The position numbers and the translations under genes are program-made. A DNA stretch of 64,000 nucleotides from a virus, in IMG/VR virus record IMGVR_UViG_3300035698_020241, positions 62,241 to 126,240 of that record. One strand, 5' to 3'. Under the pieces are notes generated by a model. The model saw nothing but the letters and a program-made list of their open reading frames with translations, searched no databases and was not told the origin of the DNA. Shown here in pieces: positions 1-9,230 of the stretch (position 1 is its first letter; each line of letters opens with the position of its first letter).

Positions 1-554
1 ATTCCATCGAAGAAATATCTCGGGCATGTATGGGATATAATGATATCCACATCAATATCCGGTAGCGCATCAACATCCGCTTGATCTATGACCTCAGTTT
101 TCCACCAGTCGAGACCTTGAGTTCTATATTCAAAGTCAATACTATGTCCACCGCCGATGAAAAGTACAACCCTTCCATCAGGTAGAGTCACATAGGACCC
201 TCTGGGACAATGCCACACATCACTGAAATTTGGCATAGGAAAAGGCTCACGTTTATCTATAAGAACCTTTAGTGAATCATGGTCGTCATGATTTCCATCA
301 CACCAGTAAAATCTTATATCATTACCATTTATGTCTCTATTCTTTAGACCAAACTGATCCCAAGGCTTACGTTTAACACAGCCATTCATATTCATTTCTG
401 TATTTTGATGGAGTTTAGGAAAATACCCAAAGTCACCGCACTGGAGTATCATGTGAGGTTTCCTGCTACTAATCAATTGATTAACAGGATACCAAACTCC
501 ATGTGTGTCACCGAGTACCATTATTCTATCTTTATTTGGTTTACTAATCTGCAT
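1..554 (-). CDS. Calcineurin-like metallophosphoesterase (3' end runs off the window)
   Basis: Hand translation from ATG at 554: MQISKPNKDRIMVLGDTHG...LQCGDFG...YWCDGNHDD (DxH, GD and GNH motifs). Confidence 0.8.
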   Translation of the reverse strand, partial: MQISKPNKDRIMVLGDTHGVWYPVNQLISSRKPHMILQCGDFGYFPKLHQNTEMNMNGCVKRKPWDQFGLKNRDINGNDIRFYWCDGNHDDHDSLKVLIDKREPFPMPNFSDVWHCPRGSYVTLPDGRVVLFIGGGHSIDFEYRTQGLDWWKTEVIDQADVDALPDIDVDIIISHTCPRYFFDG

Positions 555-568
555 TCTCTTTACTCCTT

Positions 569-1204
569 TTAAAACACTTTCAATAGGAAAAGATATAGTT
601 TTTCTTCTTTTCCTTCTTCTATTCTTTCCATTTCATAGGCTATACCAACATCAATCAATTTATTAACCTTCTTTTTTATAATTAAGAATGTTTCATAAAA
701 CCGTATATCATAGCCTATTGTATAATCTATATTTTTATAAATCCATATAACCTTTGTTGTGGGACATGGTTTTGAATCTTTAATATATAACGAAAAACCA
801 AAAGATAATCTATAATCATATTCATATTCATCAATTTTTCTATTGATATCACCTGGTAAATATAAATTTGCATTCTCTGAATTTCGTTTTTTACTATATT
901 CTATTCTACCATATGAGGTTAATACATCAAACTTTCGTAATGTATATTGACCTATTGGAGTCTTTTTAAATTTATTACCTATAAATTTTGTTGTATAATC
1001 TATTGCGGCATCCCTTCTTATATCCTCAAGTTCCTCTCTACCATATGAATTTTCAAGAAACTCCTCATCATAAGACAAGGCATAATAAGGACTATTATAA
1101 TTTGATTGTTCTTTTTCAAGGATATCAGCATTTGATGTGAACGTGAGCGCACAGAGAAACAAAGTAAAGAGGACGATTTTTAGAATATGGACCGTCGCCC
1201 TCAT
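569..1204 (-). CDS. Hypothetical exported or membrane protein
   Basis: 211-aa ORF with a hydrophobic N-terminal signal-like segment. Confidence 0.6.
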   Translation of the reverse strand: MRATVHILKIVLFTLFLCALTFTSNADILEKEQSNYNSPYYALSYDEEFLENSYGREELEDIRRDAAIDYTTKFIGNKFKKTPIGQYTLRKFDVLTSYGRIEYSKKRNSENANLYLPGDINRKIDEYEYDYRLSFGFSLYIKDSKPCPTTKVIWIYKNIDYTIGYDIRFYETFLIIKKKVNKLIDVGIAYEMERIEEGKEEKLYLFLLKVF

Positions 1205-1207
1205 AAA

Positions 1208-2161
1208 TTACAATGCTTCTTGTAACATTTTTACTATCCACTTGGCATGGTTATACACATATTGGGTTTCTTTTTTGTCAAGACTTTCCATATATCCGCT
1301 ATTGTCTTTAAGAAAATCTTTTTTAGCGTCTTTAAGCATATATTTTATATATTCTCCCAGTTGCTTATTTTCTTTCATCTCACCATATTTAGAGAATATT
1401 CCCTGTATCCGCATTGGTGTGAGATATGATCTAAATTCATCATGTAGGTCAAGGAGTTCCTGAGATATAGGGTCTTTTTGACTCTTAACTCTTTTCTTTC
1501 TTTTCATTTTTTCTATGAATTTTTCATTCTTTTTCTTCAAATATACTGTATGTCCGCCAGAATTTATGTAATATTCATAGTAAGGTTTAATAACCACACC
1601 TTCCATTATATTATCACCTTCTGCAATAGGATATATACAACTTTTAAGAACCACATCATACTCTATAGCTTTTCTTAATCCCGTTACCATATCAACCGTA
1701 GGACATAACAGGTATAACAGTCCTCTATCTCCAAAGAAACATTCCATTCCTTTATCAGAAAGCATATGTTTATCCAGTCTCATGTTAAAAAATAATAAAT
1801 GTTTTTTATCCCCATAATCAACACCCTTGTTTATACCAGGACCTATAAACTCTCCATAAAGGTTTACAAGAGAATCACTTTTATCAGAATATTTCTGCAT
1901 ATGCAGCATGAGTTCCTGCATATGAATATCATTATACAGGAAGTCACGAATTCCAAAGAAACTTTCACCTATAGGTATAACACGATTCCTAGAACCTACT
2001 TCCATAGGTTTATTTGGTTCGAATATCAACTGTATATTTGTTCCATGAAGTTTTTCCTTCAGTATGAACAAAGTATCCTTTAATTCAGGAAACTCTGAAA
2101 GGAACTGATCCACAGTTTTACTTTGATAATGGTTGTCTATTTCTGGAAATTTTATAAACAT
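1208..2161 (-). CDS. RNA ligase, Rnl2 family
   Basis: Nucleotidyltransferase motifs KEKLHGTN (I), YGEF (III), EGVVIKP (IV), LKKKNEKF (V). Confidence 0.85.
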   Translation of the reverse strand: MFIKFPEIDNHYQSKTVDQFLSEFPELKDTLFILKEKLHGTNIQLIFEPNKPMEVGSRNRVIPIGESFFGIRDFLYNDIHMQELMLHMQKYSDKSDSLVNLYGEFIGPGINKGVDYGDKKHLLFFNMRLDKHMLSDKGMECFFGDRGLLYLLCPTVDMVTGLRKAIEYDVVLKSCIYPIAEGDNIMEGVVIKPYYEYYINSGGHTVYLKKKNEKFIEKMKRKKRVKSQKDPISQELLDLHDEFRSYLTPMRIQGIFSKYGEMKENKQLGEYIKYMLKDAKKDFLKDNSGYMESLDKKETQYVYNHAKWIVKMLQEAL

Positions 2162-2183
2162 TTTCTTTACCCTTTCTATTGTT

Positions 2184-2257
2184 TGGCGGAGTATAGGGGA
2201 ATCGAACCCCTACTAATAGATCGACAATCTACCGTGCTGCCACTACACCAATACTCC
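2184..2257 (-). tRNA. tRNA-Asp(GTC)
   Basis: Cloverleaf, anticodon arm TAGAT-TGTCGA-TCTA, GTTCGATTC T-arm, encoded CCA. Confidence 0.92.
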
Positions 2258-2346
2258 ATATTTTCATTATACTTATATTATATCATTGTTTGATTGTGTT
2301 GTAAACTAATTCTTTGAAAGATTTTTTTGGTAAGTGTATTTCTATT

Positions 2347-2420
2347 TGGCAGGGGCACAGGGAATTGAACCCCGTCTTTGACCTTCAAAGGATCATGTGC
2401 AACCATCACACTCCACCCCT
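2347..2420 (-). tRNA. tRNA-Gln(TTG)
   Basis: Anticodon arm TGATC-CTTTGAA-GGTCA, T-arm, CCA. Confidence 0.88.
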
Positions 2421-2459
2421 ATATTTTTACATGTATATTCTCATTATTTCCTGTGACAA

Positions 2460-2825
2460 TCATGAGTCCATCATAAAATTCCATCCATCCTTTCCTTTTA
2501 CCCTTTTCTTATATTCATCCCATGATATTATCTTTTCTGTTGACCATTCATTCTCTGCATCTCTATGAAATTTATCACAATATACATCATAATGTTCAAC
2601 GATTTCATCATATGTCGGAGGTCTTTTCGAATTTATAACACCTACAGAAGAAGGTTCACAGGAAAATGTACCGGAATTAATAAAATTACTTTTGTGGTTG
2701 TAACTTGCTCCTCTTTTTCTTCCGCGATCAAAAACACTCTTAGCCTTTTTAACATAGGCCTTAACATAAAACTTTAAAGCTTTATAACTCAATACACCTA
2801 TTTCACATAAGTCTTTTATTAACAT
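2460..2825 (-). CDS. Hypothetical protein
   Basis: ORF between tRNAs; start moved to MLIKDL because the track start lies inside a tRNA. Confidence 0.6.
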   Translation of the reverse strand: MLIKDLCEIGVLSYKALKFYVKAYVKKAKSVFDRGRKRGASYNHKSNFINSGTFSCEPSSVGVINSKRPPTYDEIVEHYDVYCDKFHRDAENEWSTEKIISWDEYKKRVKGKDGWNFMMDS

Positions 2826-2841
2826 ATTATTCCTTTCTATT

Positions 2842-2921
2842 TGGTACCCCCGGAGGGAGTCGAACCCATCAAAATACACGGCGTCTAAGGCCGCAGCATA
2901 TACCAGTTCTGCTACAGGGGC
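2842..2921 (-). tRNA. tRNA-Leu(TAG)
   Basis: GCGGC-CTTAGAC-GCCGT anticodon arm, variable arm, A-CCA. Confidence 0.9.
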
Positions 2922-2941
2922 TTGATTTTACTATTTATGTT

Positions 2942-3024
2942 TGGTACCCCTGGGGGGACTCGAACCCCCACGTCCGAAAACACAGGGTTTAAACCTGACG
3001 ACTATACCATTCGCCTACAGGGGT
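2942..3024 (-). tRNA. tRNA-Leu(TAA)
   Basis: CAGG-TTTAAAC-CCTG anticodon arm, long variable arm, A-CCA. Confidence 0.9.
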
Positions 3025-3044
3025 TTAATTTTATAAAATGATGT

Positions 3045-3650
3045 TTGGAGAAACCGTTACTATATGTTACGGTCTCTCCAAGCGCAATTTTGTTTTAAAA
3101 TGAGAAAGGCTGCTTCCACACTCTTTTTCAGTCCACCCTATCTTCTTTTTTAAAGGACGGACCTTTTAGTTCCACAGCCCACTCGGTTTCTTCGTGCGCA
3201 AATGCTTCGTCCGGAACAAAACAAATTCACACTCTTTTTCTTTTAACCCAATCTAATTTACTACTAATCTATTAATTATACTTCATCTATTATTGGCAAA
3301 TTGTTATTTAGTTATAGGCTTTGCCTACGCCTTACTACCTTTCTTATGTAATGACAATCTATTTGTACTTGTCATTGCTATTAGTATACCTATATACACT
3401 AACCTTTTTCATCTTCGCGCCGGTAACAGCACTTTAACCGTCCAGAATGTTGGACCCAAAGTCTCTTGTCATTTCTGACCGTCGGTTCCTCAATAACCGG
3501 AATCTCCATTCCATTAACCTACACGGAGTTATTATCTATGGTTCCCTTTTATTAAAGTCTCTGATAACTGTGATTACCAGATGCTTTTAATGTGTGAGGG
3601 GAGTTGGCCGTTACAGAAATACTTTCAGTAGCGTGCTCCTCCTCCGTTTA
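3045..3650 (-). ncRNA. Candidate large structured ncRNA (unclassified)
   Basis: About 600 nt with no credible ORF; GTAACGGC/GCTGTTAC long-range helix, GNRA hairpin TACT-GAAA-GTA, GTCCA/TGGAC, ATGACAA/TTGTCAT, terminal TTGGAGA(A/G)ACCGT hairpin. Confidence 0.5.
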
Positions 3651-3652
3651 TT

Positions 3653-4288
3653 TTATTTGTTTAAAAACTTTAATCTTCTTCCTTTAAGCCATCCTTTAAT
3701 TTCATACTTAGGAAATTCTTCCTTTTTAATTTTCTTACATAATTTTCTTTTGAAATTATAAATCCACATAGTACCATACTGACTGTTTCCCTCTCCAGAT
3801 TGGTGTTTACTATTTTTTTCACCGATTATTCTTTTCGTTTCATCTGTATGTTTTTTTCCTCTAAATGTATTACCACATATCTCTCTAAATCTTTTATCAT
3901 ATTCAGGATCATTTTCTCTTTTATTCTTTATTATCTTATTAGTTTTAATAACACCTTTCTTACCACCTTTTGAACGATGCTCAAAGGTCAATACATTATA
4001 ATTGGTATGATCCCATCCACCATAACCACCTTCTTTGATATTATAAGTGTCTTTTCTTCTAATAAACTCTTTATTAACTATTTGACTTTCCATTTTAAAC
4101 ATATCTTCTGAATTATCAAATATTTCAATATATTCTTTCTCAAAGTTTTCTATTCCATACTTTTTTATAGCATTTCGTAAGATATCACTAGAACCCATAT
4201 AATTATCATCTAATTTAGATGTCTTATGAACTCCTATATAAATCTTACTATTGGTCAAATTTTTAATTTTATAAACCGTATATAACAT
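3653..4288 (-). CDS. GIY-YIG homing endonuclease (Seg-like, NUMOD3 motif)
   Basis: VYKIKNL...KIYIGVH...YMGS motif; FRGKKHTDETK NUMOD3-like segment. Confidence 0.9.
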   Translation of the reverse strand: MLYTVYKIKNLTNSKIYIGVHKTSKLDDNYMGSSDILRNAIKKYGIENFEKEYIEIFDNSEDMFKMESQIVNKEFIRRKDTYNIKEGGYGGWDHTNYNVLTFEHRSKGGKKGVIKTNKIIKNKRENDPEYDKRFREICGNTFRGKKHTDETKRIIGEKNSKHQSGEGNSQYGTMWIYNFKRKLCKKIKKEEFPKYEIKGWLKGRRLKFLNK

Positions 4289-4310
4289 TCCTCTATCCTT
4301 CTATTTAAAA

Positions 4311-4710
4311 GTGGAGGACGGCGGGAATCGAACCCGCGTCTTGAATAAAATCATACATAATTCATACGCCTATTTCCGTCAACGTACTTTGAAGAAAAGG
4401 ACGGATACCGTTCTACAAAGTTGTGATATTGTTTGTTTAAGTCAGTCGGTCAATATCCAAGCCAAACTTTCCGATCCTACTAATTTATGCCTCACTAAGA
4501 TGTAGGATGCCCTTTAGTGAAACATGCAACTATATAGCTGCAAATGCGGGAGTTGGAACAAGTGACTTGAAGAAGTCGCTTATCTTAGTTACCGCGTTTT
4601 TTATAAATGTTTTAGCATTTATCGTTTTGTAGTCATTTTAAGGTAGCCTACTACATTCTACCAGACGCAATTACATACTCATACTACCCAATCGAAACCT
4701 TTTCGCCCCC
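4311..4710 (-). ncRNA. ssrA: tmRNA
   Basis: 5' GGGGGCGAAAAGGTTTCGA; 3' GACGCGGGTTCGATTCCCGC...CTCCAC; G3:U70 pair; internal tag frame after ATAAAT encoding AKTFIKNAVTKISDFFKSLVPTPAFAAI* (4530-4616). Confidence 0.93.
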
Positions 4711-4859
4711 ATTGATTGTTTTAGGATCAACAGCCCATGAACAGCCCTGACAAACTTCCCTTGGGATTTCAACATCTACAATGATGTCTCTTGCCAGAAC
4801 AAAACCCATACACTCCTTGATCTCTGTTTTACATATTATACATTTTCTTTTCATAATTA

Positions 4860-4942
4860 TGGCGGAGGATAGATGAATTGAACACCCATGTTTCACCATG
4901 CCACCGGGTTCAAACCGGATTTGTCCCTTGACGGTACCCTCC
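4860..4942 (-). tRNA. tRNA-Ser(TGA)
   Basis: CCGG-TTTGAAC-CCGG anticodon arm, long variable arm, G-CCA, short D-loop. Confidence 0.85.
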
Positions 4943-4954
4943 ATGTTCTTTATA

Positions 4955-5043
4955 TGGTGAGGGATGATGGAATTGAACCACTCGTCGCCCTCCGAGATTT
5001 TTTATGACCACGACTTTACAGGCCGTTACCCGGAACATCCCCC
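4955..5043 (-). tRNA. tRNA-Tyr(GTA), D-arm largely missing
   Basis: 7-bp acceptor GGGGGAT/ATCCCTC, ACGGC-CTGTAAA-GTCGT, long variable arm, A-CCA; only 10 nt between acceptor and anticodon stems. Confidence 0.7.
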
Positions 5044-5103
5044 ATATATTTCTTTTATCTATATAATTCTAACACATTTTATCACTTGTGTCAAGATTAT
5101 AAT

Positions 5104-5337
5104 TTATTTCTCTCTCTCTCTCATTGCTTCTTTTATATTTGTACCTTCAAGACCGGACACGATTATTCGTGATCCATCAGGTCCATATAGAACTATATCA
5201 TTTTTTTCTACTTCTCCATTTTGTACTACATCTATATTTATACCAAACTGCTCCGCTTCTCCACGGAGTTCTCGAACAGCGTTTCTAAGTTTACGTTTTC
5301 TGTTCCATTGTATGATTCTTTTTATCCATTTCGGCAT
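5104..5337 (-). CDS. Hypothetical protein
   Basis: ORF from MPKWIK with an upstream AGGAG RBS. Confidence 0.55.
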   Translation of the reverse strand: MPKWIKRIIQWNRKRKLRNAVRELRGEAEQFGINIDVVQNGEVEKNDIVLYGPDGSRIIVSGLEGTNIKEAMREREK

Positions 5338-5462
5338 CTTTCTTCTCCTTATATAGCGTTTCGATACCGAAGGATAATACATATAAATCTGATACAATTA
5401 TACTGAAATTATGAAGTTCTTTTGCTGTATCTGATCTCTTATCAAACTTCTTCATTAAATCA

Positions 5463-5636
5463 TTAACATTCATTTTTATCTCCTTCAACATCGAAAGTTC
5501 CTATTTCTATAGGATAATATCTTGAACAATTTTTGTTTTTTTCATCTTTAACACAAGTACGACAATTTCCACTTCCATCATTTAAATCAACATCATGTTT
5601 AGGTCTTATAAACTGATATAAACAAATAGTTTCCAT
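5463..5636 (-). CDS. Small Cys-rich protein, paralog of 15948-16112
   Basis: Hand translation METICLYQFIRP...NDGSGNCRTCVKDEKNKNCS. Confidence 0.7.
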   Translation of the reverse strand: METICLYQFIRPKHDVDLNDGSGNCRTCVKDEKNKNCSRYYPIEIGTFDVEGDKNEC

Positions 5637-5660
5637 TAACTTCTCCCTGAATATATAATA

Positions 5661-5748
5661 TGGCGGCGAGACCCGGATTTGAACCGAGACAGGTTTGACC
5701 CTGGATAGATTAGCAATCTACTGCGATACCTGATTACGCCATCCCGCC
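5661..5748 (-). tRNA. tRNA-Ser(GCT)
   Basis: TAGAT-TGCTAA-TCTA anticodon arm, long variable arm, G-CCA. Confidence 0.92.
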
Positions 5749-6257
5749 ATTTGTTTTGTTATTTCATTTTTTTCATCATGTACATTAAAAATACTTAATT
5801 GCCCCTTCCATTGTATGGGGTTTTCAAACTCAATACCGTTATATAGTTTCCACCAAAAATTTACATTTGTTTTGGCCCACACGCTATCATAAACACCTAA
5901 AGTGGAATTACACGATCTAAATACCTCAGATATTTCCACAGCGCCGACTATATAACCTAAATGATAGTCCTCTGGTCGCATCAAATGATCATGAAAACCT
6001 TCATCTTGTAAACTTTTCCAATCATCTTTATTGAACTTCAATGGTGCCTGTATCAGTAAAGGTCCTCTATGATTTGTAAACCAATTTCTATTTTCTATAG
6101 ATTTTACACCTTTTACTATTAAATCAGCCCAAGGTTGACGAACAGATAAACACTTGTATGTGTAACCGAATTTACCAAGATTTAAATCCTCTTTCAAATT
6201 AATATCCGGATTTACCGAACATATTAGTTCATCAAACATTCTTGTTATAGAACTCAT
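5718..6257 (-). CDS. ASCH-domain protein
   Basis: LSVRQPWADLIVKGVKSIENR...RGPLLIQA signature. Confidence 0.8.
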   Translation of the reverse strand: MSSITRMFDELICSVNPDINLKEDLNLGKFGYTYKCLSVRQPWADLIVKGVKSIENRNWFTNHRGPLLIQAPLKFNKDDWKSLQDEGFHDHLMRPEDYHLGYIVGAVEISEVFRSCNSTLGVYDSVWAKTNVNFWWKLYNGIEFENPIQWKGQLSIFNVHDEKNEITKQMAGWRNQVSQ

Positions 6258-6481
6258 TTTTCGATTATCCTTTTTATAATATAAAGTATAAGACCTATGG
6301 TAAAATTTACTAATTTATACAATATAAATACTATAAGAATGTGCCAAACCTTCAATTCTACAACTGATTTGAGTAGAAACGGTAGTATTCCATGATACAC
6401 CATGGAAAATACCAAACATCCTACAAATACAACAACAAATGTTAATAACATCATTCCAAATAATTGTGTTTTACTTAACAT
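6254..6481 (-). CDS. Small membrane protein
   Basis: Two hydrophobic segments; overlaps the next gene by 4 nt. Confidence 0.55.
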   Translation of the reverse strand: MLSKTQLFGMMLLTFVVVFVGCLVFSMVYHGILPFLLKSVVELKVWHILIVFILYKLVNFTIGLILYIIKRIIEK

Positions 6482-6502
6482 ATTTTATCCTTTCTTTTTT
6501 AA

Positions 6503-6616
6503 TGTGTGCAGCTGTGTGGGTATCGAACCCACATGGCCCGTCAGCCAACCTATCCATCGGTTATTAAAAATAACCTTTCCCTAAATGTATGGAGGCTCTC
6601 ACCTGAGTCGCTACAT
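6503..6616 (-). ncRNA. tRNA-like RNA with an expanded anticodon domain
   Basis: Acceptor TGTAGC/GCTGCA, D hairpin CTC-AGGT-GAG, variable hairpin TGGC/GCCA, T-arm GTGGG-TTCGATA-CCCAC; anticodon loop replaced by about 30 nt containing GGTTATT/AATAACC. Confidence 0.55.
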
Positions 6617-6623
6617 ATAATTT

Positions 6624-6699
6624 TGGAGCGGATATCCGAATTCGAATCGGAACTGAAAGATTGGAAATCTTTCGTGCTGCCATTAAACACTATACCCGC
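6624..6699 (-). tRNA. tRNA-Gly(TCC)
   Basis: AAGAT-TTCCAA-TCTT anticodon arm, T-CCA. Confidence 0.92.
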
Positions 6700-6703
6700 T
6701 TAA

Positions 6704-7249
6704 TTATTTCTTTCTTTTATATTTTGGTACAAATATACCATAATTTTTGGCCCATTTCTTTACTGTACTATCGGATACTCCAAATAACAAACCTATAGAA
6801 GTATATGTATTATGTTCAATCAATTCTTTTAACTCCTCTTTTAAAGGCCACTTTACCCTTCTCAAATTCATATGAGAACATTTAACAGAACATGTCACAT
6901 AATTTACTAATTTTATATTACCACATATAGGACAATCGTTACAGAATGTTCTTTTTAATATGGAAAGATCATAGACAGGTGATTCGTTTATTTCAATAAG
7001 TCCACTTTCAACCTGTCTATGACAATTAGAACATAAAAGAACACATTTTTTCATTTCATCAATAAGATTAATGAAACTATTTAATGTCATTCTATTCAAA
7101 GTGGACATAATTCTACTTATTTCTACAACCTTTTTTTGTACATGATGAAAATCATATACACATAATGGATATGATTCACCACAATAAAAACACTTATTTC
7201 CTAACATATCAACTGCTACTTTTTTTATATTTTTCCTTGATAGATCCAT
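6704..7249 (-). CDS. HNH endonuclease with C-terminal HTH
   Basis: CxxC...YDFHH...CVLLCSNCHR; C-terminal GVSDSTVKKW; paralog of 30042-30578. Confidence 0.8.
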   Translation of the reverse strand: MDLSRKNIKKVAVDMLGNKCFYCGESYPLCVYDFHHVQKKVVEISRIMSTLNRMTLNSFINLIDEMKKCVLLCSNCHRQVESGLIEINESPVYDLSILKRTFCNDCPICGNIKLVNYVTCSVKCSHMNLRRVKWPLKEELKELIEHNTYTSIGLLFGVSDSTVKKWAKNYGIFVPKYKRKK

Positions 7250-7342
7250 GATATACTCCTTATTTCTAACTTCTATCTTTATTTATATCACTGGTTCTAT
7301 TTTTCTTATTTTATTTTTCATTGACGTATACCCGCTAATATT

Positions 7343-7654
7343 TTATTGCTCTATTCCTCTTGTTATGTCTATTAATTTATCACCCATGATTAAACACTCC
7401 TCACCACCGATAAATTTATCAATTTTTTTATCTTCACTTAATAGTATAACACTTCCACATGAAAAGTAAATCTCTTGTGGATCATATCCAACAACCCTTT
7501 TCAATGCTGGATAATCACAATTTGGACAAGGTGTCATTTCCCGATCTATATCATCATTAGTTTCATACACTTGGATTACTTCCTCAGAAGGTTGTAACCT
7601 CAATAATATCCATTTAAAAACGGTCATTGTTGTTTTATATAGAAATTTTTTCAT
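7343..7654 (-). CDS. Hypothetical protein (CxxC)
   Basis: ORF in a co-oriented cluster. Confidence 0.55.
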   Translation of the reverse strand: MKKFLYKTTMTVFKWILLRLQPSEEVIQVYETNDDIDREMTPCPNCDYPALKRVVGYDPQEIYFSCGSVILLSEDKKIDKFIGGEECLIMGDKLIDITRGIEQ

Positions 7655-8052
7655 ACAATTACCAAGTTACATATATTATCTGGATGAAATTTCTTCCATT
7701 TTTTAATTGTGTCCTCGGTACCGCCCTTCCTTGAAGGATCAACAACAGCTATTAAGATATCTGAATCTTTTGCTACTGTTGTATTTCTCTCATAGAACGC
7801 CTTTGCATATACATATTTAGGTGAATCTTTAGGAACAGGTTTCGGTCTATGTATAATGAGTTGTCCATTATCTTCGGTCAATCTTGTCCAATCCGCTATC
7901 TTCTCTGCGAATCTATCACCACCTTTTGGGCAACCTCCTGAACAAATCTTATCACCTGGTTCATAATATTTTCTGAACAATTCCATTACAAGTTTAAGAT
8001 CATCTTTACCGTCTCTTTTCCTTGAGCCGACTATACCTATTGTTTTTGACAT
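7651..8052 (-). CDS. SLOG/DprA-Smf-like nucleotide-binding protein
   Basis: IGIVGSR...SGGCPKGGDRFA...ERN...SDILIAV...GGTEDTI. Confidence 0.7.
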   Translation of the reverse strand: MSKTIGIVGSRKRDGKDDLKLVMELFRKYYEPGDKICSGGCPKGGDRFAEKIADWTRLTEDNGQLIIHRPKPVPKDSPKYVYAKAFYERNTTVAKDSDILIAVVDPSRKGGTEDTIKKWKKFHPDNICNLVIV

Positions 8053-8318
8053 TAATATTCCTTTTCAGACAGCCATGCACAATCTATCCATACAGCCACA
8101 GCTTCTAATTGTTTTGTAGAGAACACAATCTCCTCATTCTTAATAACAACATGATTTCTATCATCATCAATTGTTTCTACATACCAACATGAGTAACCTT
8201 TAGATTCTAAATTTTCAGATTTTTCTTTATTAAAATGGGTTTCCTGTCTCCACCATTTAGTACCAATATCATTGATAAAATCTGGGTCTCTTCCTTTTTT
8301 ATAAAAATCAAAATCCAT
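8052..8318 (-). CDS. Hypothetical protein
   Basis: Translationally coupled ORF with RBS. Confidence 0.6.
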   Translation of the reverse strand: MDFDFYKKGRDPDFINDIGTKWWRQETHFNKEKSENLESKGYSCWYVETIDDDRNHVVIKNEEIVFSTKQLEAVAVWIDCAWLSEKEY

Positions 8319-8341
8319 TGTATTATCCTTTCATTAAATTT

Positions 8342-8524
8342 TTAATTATGACATCCAGTTGAAAACTGATACCTAAATTTTTCAGGATGTTGTAAAAAAT
8401 ATTTACAATTATCATTTTTACACACCTTTACATAATCAAACGGCATAACCGCTTCTATATCAGTGCTATTACACTTAGGACATTTAATTATTTTACCGTT
8501 TTCCTTCATGATTTTTTCTTTCAT
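8342..8524 (-). CDS. Small Zn-ribbon protein
   Basis: CPKC...CKNDNC. Confidence 0.45.
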   Translation of the reverse strand: MKEKIMKENGKIIKCPKCNSTDIEAVMPFDYVKVCKNDNCKYFLQHPEKFRYQFSTGCHN

Positions 8525-8582
8525 CCAAAACTATCATTTTTCTTTAACATCTTTATTCCTTATTATATTATATCATTTTTTC

Positions 8583-9131
8583 TTATAAATGTAAATTATC
8601 AATCTTTAACATAAGGCTTGATAATCTAATAGGTCTGTAATCTATTTGTTCCACAGACACATTTACATGTATCACTTTCTTTGATTTATATATAAAATCA
8701 CCCTTATCATGTACATGTCCTGCTATTGATATTGTTCGTGGTGGAACATCAAGTTGTGGTCTATGTGAGAAATAAAATCTTATATCCTCATTTGGACAAT
8801 CAACTATAAAAGGATTTTTTATCAATGTTACTCCAACATCGTCAAACCATTTTATACCTTTTCTATCGTGGTTACCTTTGAGATTAAAAATCTTACCTGG
8901 TAACTGATCTATTACTTTTTTAGTCATTTCTTTACTACCAAATGATAAGTCTCCAAGATGAAGAACCGTATCATTCTTTTTTACTACCTGATTCCAATTG
9001 GTAATAATTTTTTCCTGCCAACCATGTGATCTATTAGCATATTCTGCTATATTTCTATGATATAGATGTAAATCTGATATCAAAAATATATCGTAAATCG
9101 TTTCTCCATTAAATATACAGTTTTCTTCCAC
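8583..9131 (-). CDS. Calcineurin-like metallophosphoesterase
   Basis: SDLH, HLGD, GNHD, FSH and GHVH motifs. Confidence 0.88.
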   Translation of the reverse strand: MEENCIFNGETIYDIFLISDLHLYHRNIAEYANRSHGWQEKIITNWNQVVKKNDTVLHLGDLSFGSKEMTKKVIDQLPGKIFNLKGNHDRKGIKWFDDVGVTLIKNPFIVDCPNEDIRFYFSHRPQLDVPPRTISIAGHVHDKGDFIYKSKKVIHVNVSVEQIDYRPIRLSSLMLKIDNLHL

Positions 9132-9230
9132 TTTTTTACCTTTATTAGAAATAAATCGTTTTACTCCAAATACTTTCTTTTCATTCCAGGAACTAACTTT
9201 GAATCACCTCCTGAACATTTGTTCTTTTAT

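Noticed and set aside
3420-3600. Group I intron (TCAGAGACT resembles the R element) hosting the GIY-YIG gene
   Set aside because: No convincing S element or P7 partner (the GGTCC is inside a local hairpin), and no interrupted exon flanks it
3100-3650. RNase P RNA
   Set aside because: Lacks the GAGGAAAGUCC and ACAnAAnnnGGCUUA conserved regions
9131-9218. In-frame ATG-TTC-AGG-AGG-TGA extension upstream of the phosphoesterase (TGA as Trp)
   Set aside because: No RBS before that ATG, the GTG start has its own RBS, and there is no homolog evidence
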